64,000 bases of DNA. Origin: a virus (Duplodnaviria > Caudoviricetes). The notes below the pieces were generated by a model that had not been told where the DNA came from, did no database searches, and saw only the letters and a program-made list of their open reading frames with translations. A program made the position numbers and the translations under genes. The stretch covers positions 19,485 to 83,484 of IMG/VR virus record IMGVR_UViG_3300031853_000015, one strand, 5' to 3'. Positions 25,333 to 38,991 of this stretch are shown in pieces (positions within the stretch are counted from its first letter, which is position 1; each line of letters opens with the position of its first letter).

Positions 25333-28300
25333 TTATGTATCAAAATAACCTCTTCTTCTCTTCTTTGCATCAGTATCTTCTTGAGCAGCAAACCAATCCT
25401 TTCCATACCCTGATATAGGAGCATAAGCACCTGCTTTAGTTGACCATCCAAATAGTTTATTATTATCATTCTAAGCTGCCCAATTGAAAAACATATTACC
25501 TAATCCTGTTACTCCAGAACTAATACCAGCACCTCTAGCATCATCTATCCTTTGCCCCAATAATGCAGCCTCTTTCTCAGCATCAAATTTATAGCCTCTG
25601 GCTTTTAAAGCAGCATCTTGATTTGCTTTATCTGCATCTAAGAATCCTGTACTATTAAATTTATCAACATCTGTATTGTGCTCCGCAACTTGTTTTTCTA
25701 AATTATTATTATATTCAAGACCTTGCCTATATACATTACCACTTGCTATTTGGTTATTATAAGCATTAGCCAATAATGCAGCATTTTGAGCTCCTTGATT
25801 ACCGCCACTATTCAGTATAGACCTGTCTGTAGCTCTTGCATTAGCATTTAATCTATTTTGTTCCTGCCATATATCAAATGGGCTATAAGTTAAATAATTA
25901 CCAATAGGCTTAAACTCCACAGGTTTATATCTACCTGCTTCTAAACCTGCATTTACTAAATCTGCTACATTACTATAATCAGGGTCTGTAAAGATATTAT
26001 ATCCTAAAGCTGCTGCCTATAAACCCGCTCCTAACCAATAAGGCCATGTATCTAAATCTGGGAATGGGTTATTATCAGTACCTAGATTACCTGTTCTGAC
26101 TATTGTACCATCAGGAGAAACTTCCAATCCCTCAGGTGTACCCTCTACTCTGTTGAAGTATATTCCTGCATTAGGATCTAGAGTGTAGATAGTAGTACCA
26201 TCATCTTTATTCTCTGTATTGACAATAGAATAATTGTCTCTCCAGTTACCCTCAGGATTTAAGTAAGTACCTTCATTACCTTTCATCTAATAAAGCTCTC
26301 TAGCTTGCTTAGTTCCATAAGTGCCATGCATCTATCCAGCAATTTGGTCAAAGAATCCACTTCTAGTACCATCAGCATTGGTCTTATTTAGAGTCTCATA
26401 GTTATCTTGGATGTACTTCTTAAAGGTATCATAATCCTGTAAACTTCCTGCGTAGTCTTTACCAAATATAACATTTGGGTCATATTTTGCTGCATAGTCA
26501 GGACTTAATCCTGCAACATAGTCCTACCATAGTTTCTTTCCAGCTTCATCTTGAGCAGCAGCACTCTTTGCTAACTCATATCTTGGTCTCAGATATTCAT
26601 CTGACAGCTCATAGGACTTCATATCATCATAGGTATTATCACCTACAACAATCTTTCCCTTATTATTAGCCCAATTTCTTGATTTATAATGTCCTCTAGT
26701 ACCTGCCTCTACAGGTACAGGAGTCTTCTCTCCATACAAAGGAGTATTCCAATCTATACTTCTACTCCAAGCTTCATCAGGATTTACTATTTGCCAATCC
26801 TTATGTGCTGATGAAGGGGCAAGAGTTTCATTCAACTGACCAAGAGTAACTTTATTTTTTTCTGAAAGTTTTACCAAATCATCATCAAGGGTTTCCCTTT
26901 GATTCATAGTCTTATAGTTATCAGCATTAAAATTTGGATCTAATGCTCTACCAAGTTTTACCTTCTGCTCATATGTGAGATTCTTAATGTCATCCTTAGT
27001 AAGAGTAGAATTCTTTTGTGCTTCTCTATAATCTGCAAGTTCCTTTTCTTTCTACAAATTGTCTTTGTAAGCAGCCATTTCAGTTTCAAAAGCCTTTCTA
27101 TCTGCCCTCTTTAATGAATGTTGATATTGTCTTATATATCTATTCTAGACAGCTTCGTCAAGTTTATTCCATTCTTCTTCTGTAAGATTATGGTGCTTAG
27201 CTACTTTAGCTATTGGACCACCAAGAGCATAGAGTTGTCCTCCATATGCTGCCATCTATTGAGCAGCAGCTGCTTCCTCAGGAGATACTTCCTACTATTG
27301 AGCTTGAGCCATTGCCTATTGCTGTTGCATCATAGCAACTTCTTCTGGAGACATCTCCTATTGTTGAGATGCTGCAGCCTAAGCTTCTGCCTATTGCTGC
27401 ATTTGAGCCTATTGCTCCTAAGCAGCCTACATTTCTTGCTGCTGTTGTAAAGCTGCAAATTCTTCAGGAGTCATATTATCAATGGCTTTCTTCATTTCTT
27501 CCAGTCTTTCTTTCTCCCTCTCTTTCTCCTATGCTACTGCAAGTACACTGAGAATAGCCTTAAAGCTCCTCTTTGCTATAGGGTCATTAGGTCTTTCATT
27601 TACGCCAGAATCTTTCTCTGCTTTCTTAGCAGCTTTAGCAAAAGTCATACCTTCATAAGGTTTAAGTACTTTATCTTCATAAGGTATTTCCTATTTTCCT
27701 TTTCCTCTCTCACCTCTAGGTACAACTAATCTATTAGAGAAAACATAGTCATCATAAACAACCTCTCCTTCCTCTAATAAATTAGGTACTCCCTAAGAAT
27801 CTGTGCCCATTGGTACACCTCCATTAGGATTCCTTTCATGAGAAAGTCCTGTATCTATATGGGTTAAACCTGTTGAGAAAGTTCCTCCACCAGCTTCTAC
27901 ATCTCCACCAAAGGCAAAAGCATTATTAGGCATTCCTGCAAACAAGTTAGGAATACCTCCAGTATTTCTTTTATTTATCATTCTATCTGTGTATATAGCA
28001 TAACCTATAGGAGTACTAGGATCAATAGTATCAATAGGTCCTCCATAAGCTGAAAAATTACTCATAACATTATCATTTGTTGTTGTGTTTACATTTGTGG
28101 CTCCTGTAGCCATACTATGATTCTAAAAGGCTAAAGCAGCATTTTCTTTTGCAATAAGGGCATTTCCTTTTCTAGTTCCTGAAGAAGTAAACCATCCATT
28201 CTTGTATAAATCTCCAGCCCTAAGCCCTGAACCTGCAGTCATTTTACCTGCAGCATTAAAGAAGTCTCCTGTAGTTGTAGCTCTTCCAAAAGCATTTCCT

Positions 28301-28803
28301 GCATTTCTTGCAGTAGTAGTATTATTCTTAATATAATCTATATTTGCCTGATTAGCTTTAACTCCCCAACCAGCATCAATTAAACTACCTACTCCTTTGG
28401 TTATTCCTCCTGCCATAGCTAACCAAGGATTGCCCTACTAAAGACCTGTTTTAGTTAAGCTTACTCCTATATCACCTACAGCTCCTCCTACATTAGATTC
28501 TCTTCCTCCTGTAAGATAATGGAAAGGGTCTGCTATATCCCATAAACCTCTTTTATTAGCATTAGACTTACCTATACTATCAAATGTTTGGGATAGTCCC
28601 CCTAATATTCCCCAAGCAGCACCTCCTTTACCCCAAGCTTCACTCCAAGCAGAAGTCTTGGGTTTTGAAGCAGAGAAGATTAAAGATGGGAACTTAAGGC
28701 CTTGTGCTATATTAACTCCTGGTCCTGGATCAAGTCTTATGTTGCTTAATAAGTTACTAGGTGTTGGTATTTTTCCTGAATATATTCCTGTTTCTGTAAA
28801 CAT
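25333..28803 (-). CDS. Cargo protein 1 (crAss001 gp45-like), about 1156 aa; TAG=Gln
   Basis: SHERNPNGGVPMGTDS*GVPNLLEEGEVVYDDYVFSNRL motif, Gln-rich tract and Gly-rich hydrophobic segments. All fragments are in one frame. Confidence 0.8.
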
Positions 28804-28820
28804 AAATAAATATTTTTGTT

Positions 28821-28830
28821 TGCAAAGATA
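28821..28830 (-). promoter_or_regulatory. Bacteroidota -7 promoter for the cargo operon
   Basis: TATCTTTGCA 17 nt upstream of ATG 28803. Confidence 0.75.
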
Positions 28831-28906
28831 CGGAAAAAATTATTTTTATGCAAGACTATAAGTAATTTAGTAATCTAATATAACAAATCTAGGTATAAAA
28901 AATAAC

Positions 28907-28939
28907 AAAAAAGTAGGAAACTTTTAAAAGTCTCCTACT
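28907..28939 (-). terminator. Intrinsic terminator after the muzzle gene
   Basis: AGTAGGAGACTTTT/AAAAGTTTCCTACT hairpin followed by a U tract. Confidence 0.75.
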
Positions 28940-28970
28940 AATTTTAAAGATAATTTTCCTAAAAATACTT

Positions 28971-31900
28971 TTAAGTAAAATAAGTCATTGCTATATCATG
29001 TATCTCAGTTCTAGGTAAATTAGCCTCTTCATTTTTCTATAACTTAATGTATACCCAAGGATTCCTTATTCTATCATTAGCATGTTTCTTAAATCTGAAT
29101 ATCCCTCTTTCATTTTCTTCAAGAGCATTTACCTCATAATTATCTCTTGGAATATCACATCTCCATATTCTGAACTTTCTTTTAAGAGAAGCATCATTTG
29201 AATCTGAGAAATGTTGATACTATTTATATCCAGGAAGATTTTTCAGATAAGCTATACCATGCTAATATTCATTCCAAACCTCAAGAGAATCTACAGGAAG
29301 ACTAGGGGTAAATTTATTAGTAGTACTATCAAATACTCCTTCTCCTTCTACACTGGCTCTAAATTCCAAATTAGTGAAAATCTTATCCAAGGTAGGGTCT
29401 TGATTACCAACAAGAATAGTGTAATAAGGTTTAATACTTCCAAAGAACTCTCCATACTCTCCTTTTTGATGTTGCCATAAAGTAATATGGTGTTCTACTT
29501 CTTTAGGAGGCTCTCCTTCTTTAACAATATAACTAATTGGTTTTACCCATATACCCATATCCTCAAAGTTACAGAACCAAGGAGCACCCTCATAGTTATA
29601 GAAACTGGTAAAAGTTCCTAATTTTTCATTATAAGCTAATGCAGTATTCTAATTAATAAACATTACCTCTTGATTCTTATTATCATAAATAGTTCTGAAA
29701 TCTCCAAAATCTGAAGGATTCCAGCCATTCTCTGTAAGGTTAATATTTTTCTTAGCCCAAGTATTAAAGCCTAGAGAAGTACTTAAATTATTTAATTCAT
29801 CATTAAATAAGAAAATATTCTTCCCAATAGAATCAATAAAGTATATACCCTTAGGACTATTAGCTATAGACCATTTATTACTACATCCTATAGTATTACT
29901 TAAATACCTTTTGCCCTATACTTTACCACTGTTAGCTATTTCAATAGGAACCCCTTCAGTACTAGATATCTGTACATTTTCATTATAAAGAATCTAACTG
30001 ATACCTCTATCTTGAAAACATATTATCTAATCATTGAATCTCTATAGACTTCTAATTTCTCCTTTATCTCCATCTAGTTCCAATACATTGGCAAGGGTAA
30101 TATTAGTCCATAAATCTACATCAGCTCCAGAGTTTTTAGTTTTAGTAAAGGTAATTTGGTTAGGATATTTAGCAATATCTAATATATTTTTTACTATAGT
30201 ATTACTAAAAAAATTATCTTGCTATGAGTATATTGGGTTTACTTGATTAAAATTTTGAGGACCCATTACAGTATTATCTACCTGCCCTCTATTTTTATCA
30301 TACCTACCATCAATATTTACACGGGTTTCACACATAAAGCTGAGTATCTCTACTAACTGATTAGAATCTTCTGCAGTATAAGGATATGTTTTCAGACAGT
30401 CATATCTTTGATAATAAGTATCTCCTTTATTCCAGACTATTGTAGTGTCTTCTCCCTCTTTAATATCTACAGATTCCCCAGCAACTATCCAAGTGTTATT
30501 TCTTAAAGCTACCTCAGTTTTTCCTCCAAATTTATTATCTACTTCTTTATATAATTCTCCAACCCAAAGATAATTATATAAATTAGGACTAAAATAAGTA
30601 TCTGACTAATAGTCAAAACTGTTTTCTGTCTAATTTTTTGTATAATTTAATCGAACAAAAAGTCTATCATTAAAGATAATTTTTGTATCTCCCCAAAAAG
30701 TTTTATCATAATTAGCATTACCATAGTATCCTACTTTTTCTAAAGCCTCTGTTTCCTTAAAAGAATCCACTGTTTCTTTATTAGGAAGAGATTTGTTTGA
30801 GGAATAATATATTCCATAAGGAAGGATTGGAATTCTAATAGGAATGTGCTCTTCTGCAATACCATCTACCTCAAACCCATTAAGAGCTATTACTATATGA
30901 GAAGTAGATTTATACTTCATCTCTATAGGAGTATTGATTGTACCTGTAGACTCCCAGACATTATACTATATAGGATACCCTTTTTCATTATATAATATAG
31001 TATCTATATTAGGATAATAATTTATATATGAAGCAGTATCTTTTTGAGGATTTAATCTATAATTAAATACCTCAGCATTTTCAGTAAGAATTGATGCAGC
31101 ACTTATATCCGCATATTCAACTATATTATTCCCTTTACTTAAATACTTAGTATTAGTAGAATATAAAAGATGGGAAATTTTTTTAGTACTTAACAAAGAA
31201 GAAGCTTTATCTTCTCCTCTAAAATCATTATTTAAAGATCCTTTCCTTTGCCAGGGATATACAGCAAAATTTACAAGATTTTCAGTTTTTATTTTATCAT
31301 CATCTTCTTCCTAAGAAGCATCTGCTTTTACTAAGGCATCCTACCATAGATATTCTGTAACTAAACGATTTCCTGCATTTATATCTAAATTAAAATGAGT
31401 TACATTGGTTCCTAAGTCTCCTATACCAAATAACCTGATACCTCCACTGTTATTATGATAAGATTCTAACATAGAAGATTTTGTAAATATTTTATGGTAA
31501 GAAGAGTTTGCTGTTATAGGTATTAATCCTATAATTCTCAATTTATAATTATTTAGACTATTATTTTGAACATCTGTATCGAATTCTATATCAGGAGAAT
31601 TTAAAGTTACTATACTTTGGTCTACAAAAAACTAAGTATTAGATTTATTAGACTAGTCATTAATAGTAGAATCAAAAACATCAGTGTAAGTAGCTACTGC
31701 TCCTTGAATTTCAGATTTATAAACATCTTTTGAATTTTTAGTAACCAGTGTTTCATAATGATTAAATGCTAAAGGATATCCTTCTGTATTAGTATCTTGA
31801 GCTACAGAATTTTCTTCTACACTTTTATATAGTATCTTAAAAATGTGTGTTTCTGTCTCATTAAGAACTGAAAATTTAAAGGTAAACTAAGAAGGAGCCC

Positions 31901-34025
31901 CTTCATAAGTAATTTTTTGATAATATGGCTGAAGACGGTCTGTAAATCTCATACCTTCTCCCATGACAAAAGGAGTCCTAGGTAGGACATAAGAAGAACC
32001 TTCCTCTATTTTAGGAGGATATTTTACATCAAAAATTTCTTCTTCTTGTATCTAGGGAGTATATTGACCTATCCACTATCCACGCTAAGAATCTTCTGTT
32101 TTTTCCTAGGACCACTCCTATTCACTAATAAGAATATATTGATGTACATTATGGTTTTTATAGTCACCTTCTTCAATAGGTATTACTTTACGATTATTAC
32201 ATTCTATAATACCTATTATATTAAAGGTAGAATAATTATCCTACTTAATAAAACGATCCTCATTTATATATTTTATATAGGAGGATTTGTAGCCTAGTTT
32301 TTTAGTTGTCCTTAAATCATCAATTACAGTTTCCGTAGTATTAACTACTAATATAAATACTTCAAAAGTAAGGTTAGGATTATTACTAAAAAACTCATCT
32401 AATTTTAAATCTTCTCCAGATTCAATTTTAGATTCTGGTACTTCTACAGTTATATGACTTTCCTTAGTATTAATCATATAAGGCCTGAAGAACCAAGATG
32501 CCTAAGCAAATGGAGCTTTATTAACTCTACCTTCTACATTAAACACAGTAGGATTCAGTACTCCCTAACATAATACCTCTCTTTCTCCTATATTAGGAAA
32601 TACTACTAAAGGTCGTACTTTTTTATATTTTGAAATATCTATACCCTACAATATTGTTTCGAAGTTTATTTTTGCACTTGCTTTTACTAACTATGTTTCT
32701 CCTTGTATTGTAGTTTTTGGATATAAAGTATTTTTTATATCATCTATATAAATAGGATTTGACCACTCACCTGTTTCTGTTTGTAGTTGGATACCAAATC
32801 TATAAGTTTCTCCTCCTTTAAAAGTAGTTATCTCTTCTTGATTCTTAGTAGCTATTTGATTCACATGATTATATATATCTCTAGAAACAATAGAAGTATG
32901 AAAAGGGTCTTTATAATTAAAACTTATTAAAGACTTCAGGTTTTTATTTTCTCTATTTAATCTATCTGAATTAAAAGCATTTTGAATATTCTAAACTATA
33001 TTAGCAGGCATCTATATATTTCCTAAAAACAGAGTTTGATCTTTGTCAATCATTGTTAAAGGATGAATCTCTATGCCTCCTATATAAAGTAATTCTGTAG
33101 GATCCATAGTACTTCCAGTAGTACCATTATCTACATAAACAATATCTGCTGAATCTTCATTTGAAGATGTATAAGGTATAGGAATAACATCAAGCAACTT
33201 TACTAAAGGAACATCATCTATTGAAGTTCTCTAAACACTATATAGACGGATACTTTCAAAGGATACATCTAAACCTGTAATACTTATTTTTAAAGAGTTT
33301 GATACTTTATCTTTAGGACTAGCCCCTCTTTCAGGATAAGAAAGATAATATAAAGGAGAAAAGTCTACTATATTACTCTATTGACCATATGTGTTAGAAT
33401 AACTGAAGCAATATTGAATTACTCCTGGAGCAAATAATCCTCCTGCATCTGGAGTATTAACAACAGTAAAACTTGAAGGATGCTTAAATGTAGGAATAAA
33501 ATCAAAAGAAGTGTCTCCCCATTTTCCTTGTTGTTCAGGAGTAGCAGCTATATTAATCATCCTAGATTGATTTTTTCCATCAACCCAGTATACTTTCTAT
33601 ATATGTTCTGCTTCATAACTTACATGGGTCTCCAAAGGATGTTCTACATCCATATTTAAATTTCCATGATATAATTCTCCTAATAGAAAAACACCTTCTT
33701 TTACTACAGCTGCTTTATATATATAATTTGGTTTATTATATTTATCTTTCTCATCAACAGTAAATAATACTAAAATATGATTTAATACAGCAGTTCCTAT
33801 TACAGTACCTTTTATAGTATCCTCTATAAGAGTCTATGAATCATTTACACTAACTAAAGTAATTTCTTTAGTACCTTTTTCATTTACCCAACTCATTAAA
33901 GTATTACCTTCATTAGTGCTTAACCTTAGGTTCATGTTTTCAAAGGAGAAGTCAGGATTGAAAGCTGAAACACTCTAATCCTGATTCATTCCTTTAGTTT
34001 TCCAATTTATCGCTTTCTTGCCCAT
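28971..34025 (-). CDS. Muzzle/tail stabilisation protein (gp44-like), about 1684 aa; TAG=Gln
   Basis: N-terminus KGMNQD*SVSAFNPDFSFENMNLRL resembles gp44 KGMQRDLSVSKFNPEYAF (recalled). Seven fragments in one frame; TAA. Confidence 0.85.
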
Positions 34026-34031
34026 AATAAA

Positions 34032-34748
34032 TTAATGCTGTTTAATATACTCTCTATCACCTAAATTTCTAAACCCATTGTCAAAGTCTGTAGTTCTTTG
34101 AATCAATGTAGTCCAACTCCTACAAATACTTTCCATTTCACTTTCTGAAGGTATATTGTATTCACTAGTAAGCTGCCCAGCTCTCCAAGCATACTGCTAT
34201 TCTGTATGACTTAATACATCCCCTTTAATAGCACCTTCATCAAATAATATAGTGAATACTTCTACTTTTATATACAACTCTAGAGTTTTCAAATAAGTAG
34301 GATTATCTGGAATTAAAGGAAAGTTATATTCATCTACAGGTATGGCTTTATAACTTACTTTAACTTCTCCATCTTCAAAAGAAGTAAAGATAATATGATT
34401 CTATACTCTAAAAGTAAGTTCATCTGCATATCCTGTATAACCTGCAGTCTTCTTTCCTCTCTAGTAATTATCAGGAAAGAAGGTGTCTGTCATACTTCTC
34501 ATACAAGTATGACTGCACATGTCCATTACCTAATTAATAGAGATAAGATCACAAGGTAATTCTCCTCTATGACATTTTATTGGGACTATTATTTCTTTAT
34601 CCTCAAACATTTCAGGAAGACCAAATATATGAATAAAGTCTATTGTATACTAGACAGCTTGTTCCATATTGACTTTTTTAAGCTTAGGGTGTCTTAATAT
34701 CCTACTTAATACTTCCTGCAATTTAATATATTTCACATTCTTATTCAT
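34032..34748 (-). CDS. Tail ring protein R1 (gp43-like), 238 aa
   Basis: RILRHPKL...AV*YTIDFIHIFGLP versus gp43 AIQYTLDF; C-terminus LGDREYIKQH. Confidence 0.85.
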
Positions 34749-35286
34749 ATCTTTTTAATACAAAAGCATCAAGAGTTCCTGCTCTGGCACTCTTAGTTAA
34801 ACCTTCTTTTATTCTTCTATTAGGTTGAAAAGCATAAAAACTTTTATTTTTATAGTTAGCATCTTTCTTATTATAGTATACTTTAAATACTTCCTCAGTT
34901 TCTATTCTTACAATAGTCTTATTATCAAAAGCCTCTTTATCTTCATACCACAGTTTTAAAGTAGCATCTATATCTATAGGAAGACTCGTAACAAGTTTAC
35001 CATCAATTATAGCTACTCTTGTAGGTCTTTTTCTTATTTCAAGAGTACCTAATCTATGAGGAAGATTAATAGCATTTCCTTTTGATAATTCTATAGCAAG
35101 AAGGTCATTAATACTTCTTATTATACTATAAAATTCTCCTTCTTTTAAAGGTCTTGGAATGTCAAACCATTTATTTTTTCTTATGTATTTGTAAGCATCA
35201 TATGAACCTAAAGACCCAGTAACTTTATGATGTCTTGGTAAATTTAATTTCTATACTTTTCTTTTAAATTCTTCATACTCCTCCAT
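34741..35286 (-). CDS. IHF/HU-like DNA-binding protein (crAss gene 53 family), 181 aa
   Basis: GSYDAYKYIRKNKW...INLPHRLGTLEIRK; 1 TAG; stop overlaps the next ATG. Confidence 0.7.
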
Positions 35287-35301
35287 ATATCTTTCTTTTT
35301 A

Positions 35302-36033
35302 TTAAGAAGTTATTTGTCTAGCTAAATCTGATTTCATATTTCTTCTTATATAAGCAATGATATCAGATAAATCATCATTATCATTGTTTGCTTTGTCTTT
35401 AGGCCTGTAATTAACTCCAAGAAGTTCCTTTGTAATAAGTTCTATCATTTGGGGAATTAAATCAGCCTATAAAGGAAAATTCTACTCCAATATATCACAA
35501 TTAGCCCCAGTATCATCACAGACTAATTCTGCAGCCTTCTGAGAATCCTCAAATACTCCTGTAACCTTTGCTTTCTTAAGATATTTGAATTGAGGATTAG
35601 CAGAGTTAAAATAAATATGATTATCAGAACCTAAGGTACAATAGATAATATTTCTAAGGTATTGATTATGCCCAACATATTTAAATCTTTCTTTTGATAC
35701 AAAGGCTGTCATAATACTAAATAAATCCACTAAATTAACCCTAACAGATTCTTCATTTACCACATCAGGAATTTCCTATACTGACCTTAAATATATATCA
35801 TTGCAATATTCCAATCCTGGTATTGCATCTGTTTTTTCAAGGTCTATACAGAGGGTCTATTCATTTGAAGAGGATAAAGCACTCTCCCCTTCCTTTAATT
35901 TTTTCTAGGCTATTAAAAATAATCTATATTGATTAGCTAAAAATATAACATGTTCTTCTGTTATATCACTGTCTCCAGAATGTGCTTTAATCTCATCTAG
36001 CACAGTGTATACAATATCTTTGTAAGTTGCCAT
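35302..36033 (-). CDS. Tail ring protein R2 (gp40-like), 243 aa
   Basis: MATYKDIVYTVLDEIK...YVGHNQYLRNIIYC...NPQF; TAG read as Gln. Confidence 0.85.
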
Positions 36034-36059
36034 ATATTATACATTGATAAAATCCTTGC

Positions 36060-36069
36060 TGCAAAGATA
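36060..36069 (-). promoter_or_regulatory. Bacteroidota -7 promoter
   Basis: TATCTTTGCA upstream of R2, lying inside a CCTTGCTG/CAGCAAGG inverted repeat. Confidence 0.7.
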
Positions 36070-36127
36070 CTAATAATATCTTAAATCAGCAAGGAGTTTT
36101 ATAAGTTTGTGTATTAAAATTACTAAA

Positions 36128-36484
36128 TTACTAATCTACTAATCTAAGACCTTCCTCAGCTTCAGTATGTCTTATTATCTCATCTTCTGTAATTCTGACA
36201 GGTTCCAAAACAGTATATCCATTTACAGGAAGACTCATCGATTTATATTGTTTATAAGGAATAAGACAAGAAGCTCCTGATAAGCACTGTATAATACTCT
36301 CTATTTTATTATAATCCTCCTCAGTTATATAATATTCATAATTTTGAAGAAATTCTTGAAGGAATTGTAGTAGAATTAACTTATTTACATTAGTTTCTGA
36401 GGTGTAGCCAACTTTTTCAAGAACTGTAAAATATCTTTCAAGAGAATCATAAGTTAGTTTATCCAATTCTTCCATGACATCCAC
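36128..36484 (-). CDS. Tail hub protein B-like (gp39-like)
   Basis: Track ORF ends in TAG followed directly by TAA; position follows crAss001 synteny. Confidence 0.7.
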
Positions 36485-37001
36485 AATTATAAGTTATAGT
36501 CTTTTCTTTCTCATCAAAGAATGCATTCCAGTACTCAATAGCTTTCAAATAATTTCCTGTAAGAAGACTTAAATCAAAAGCTTTACCTCTAAGAATATAA
36601 TCTATGAAATTACTTGCAGGATTACATCCTTCAATTTCATTTATAAGATTCATCCCCTAAATATACCAAGGATATTTATCATAAGTAACCCCTAGTATAA
36701 CACCTTCTCCCATACCGCATGGAGTATCTTCAGAAGGTTCACCAGTAGATATAGTATATACAAAGAATAGATTATCAGCAATACTATCAATATCTATAAA
36801 CTATCTGAAATGCTTAACATTACCACAATCTATAGTCATTAAAGGTTTAGAAGAAGGACCTGCGGCTGAAAATGTTTTCTATGTATCTATAATTATACTA
36901 TCGAGATAAACATTCTCATAGTATTCCATATCCTATACTTGAACATCAATTATAAGATGCTTTTTATCTGGTGTAATTCTTAAGTCATTGTACTAAATCA
37001 T
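36459..37001 (-). CDS. Tail hub protein A-like (gp38-like), 180 aa
   Basis: MI*YNDLRITPDKKHLIIDV; C-terminal CGC; in frame with fragment 36459..36653. Confidence 0.75.
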
Positions 37002-37026
37002 ATATCTATTCTTTTATTATTAAACT

Positions 37027-37056
37027 AAAAAAGGGAAGGGATTATTCCCTTCCCTT
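37027..37056 (-). terminator. Intrinsic terminator
   Basis: AAGGGAAGGGA-ttat-TCCCTTCCCTT with a U tract on the minus strand. Confidence 0.85.
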
Positions 37057-37071
37057 ATAGGGTTTCTTTAA

Positions 37072-38214
37072 TTAAGGATTCTAGTTTTCTGCAGTATTTT
37101 CAAGCTCTGCTACTCTTTCCTCAATAGTCTTTGGATAAGTTGCATTGTTATTTGCTGTACCATCATAGAGGTCAGTTTTATGAACAATAGAACTCAAGCC
37201 TAAACCAGTGATTACAGCATCCAGCACAGCCTTTGTTTCAGCAAGAATAGTCATAGTCTTTTCAGAGTTCTGAATATCCTCACATGTGCCTTTATAAGCA
37301 TACTGAATATCCAAGCAGTAGTAAGTCTTTGTAGGATCTACAAAATACTTAGTAGGAATACTATTAGGCCACATGATATTTCTGTACTGATCACCTCTTT
37401 CACCCATGCAGAAATACTCAAGGTTTGCCATTTTATAACCATTACCTACAACTTGATTATAAGTAGCAGTGTAATCAGTTACAGTTCCCCAATTTACTTC
37501 ACCTGCCTGAGGATCAGTTACTGTAGTAGGAATAACCTGGAAGTATACTGGAGTATACTGTTTATTCAGTGCCCACTCATTTACTTGACTCATCTCTGCG
37601 ATAATCAGTTTAGTAGGAGAAGCAACAGCTGTACCTGTAGCTGTAGAAACCTCAGAAGTAGGTACATAGGTAAATGTAATATTACCTGTGGAATCTTTGG
37701 AAGCACTCTTAATCAGGGTAAAACCATTAGCATCAGCAAGACCTACATAAAGCAGAGGTGCATATGTTCTATGGAAATTCTTTACCAGAGAATAAGCCAT
37801 TTCTTTTAGGAAAGTAGCTTTATCAGAAGATGTACAATGTACAGCTCCAAACTTCTGATAGAGATCTTCATCAGACGCTCCATACAACTGACGGAAATTA
37901 ATTCTTACAATATAATCCTGTCCTACAATAGGATTACCACTATTAACTGTGCTCTTTAGCTCTAAAGCATAAGCCTTCAGTTTAATTTCAGTATCCTTGG
38001 GTCCTGATGCATTAGCCCACATGATACTCTTAGGATTGATAAGGTCACTTCTTACAATGCCTCCATATCCATTTTGGTTAATAAACTTGCAGCCTTCTTT
38101 ATCAGAACCTACATAAATTTTACCAAGATTGGCTGCTCCCTGAATGCCTGCAAGGGTATTCTCTACTGCCTTTGCAACATACAGTTGTCTGTTTTGATTA
38201 GTCGAAAAAGTCAT
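37072..38214 (-). CDS. Auxiliary capsid protein (gp36-like)
   Basis: MTFSTNQNRQLYVAKA N-terminus and FCMGERGDQYR motif. Single TAG three codons before the TAA. Confidence 0.85.
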
Positions 38215-38247
38215 TTTCGTAAAGTATTAAGTTAAACATCAGTGAGT

Positions 38248-38979
38248 TTATTCCCCACTATTACCTTTATTATTAAATATTGTTTTACTAGCAAGAGCTA
38301 ATTGTACTGCTCTTTTTAGTATAGTTTTATGAAGTATACCATTAAGTTTACAAGAGGTCTCTTCAGATGTTCCTTCAATTTCAAGACCATTAGGCAACTT
38401 TTCTAATATTATTGGAGAAGGTTTAGCCAAGTATTTAATTAAATACTTATCAATAGGATATTTAGATATTAATTCTACAATATTATTTCCAGTATCCATT
38501 CTAAGCACTCTATGGTTAGTAGGGCCTCTAAAAGGGTTTCTGATTATTCTATTAAACTCATCTTGAGTTACAGGATAAACATCAGCTGTTTTTCCCTTAT
38601 AACATCCTGCATCTTCACCAAAAGTTACCTATTCAAAAGTAATAAAAGCTACATCCTTTTCAAGCTTGTAAAATACTGAATTAATATAAACCTTATCCTC
38701 AATAGAATCTAAAGTGTCTTCCGCAGTATAAGATTTGGTTTTTACCAGACCATCTAAATATCTTCTCAGTTCTTCAGAACTCTCAAAGGAATCTCCATAA
38801 GGATTTTTACCATTATATAGGTTTATTACTACTTCTTCTTGAGCCTAAGTAAGAAATAGAGATTTTTCATATTCATCTACTTCTATATTTAAAGAAGAAC
38901 CTTCCTTACCAAAAAGAGCTTGTGTACTAAAACTATTTAAAAGTACATCAAATTCATCTGAAAACTGTTGATTAGTCAT
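38248..38979 (-). CDS. Tail ring protein R3 (gp35-like), 243 aa
   Basis: MTNQQFSDEFDVLLNSF...VDEYEKSLFLT*AQEE; C-terminus HKTILKRAVQLA. Confidence 0.85.
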
Positions 38980-38991
38980 AAGTATTATTTA

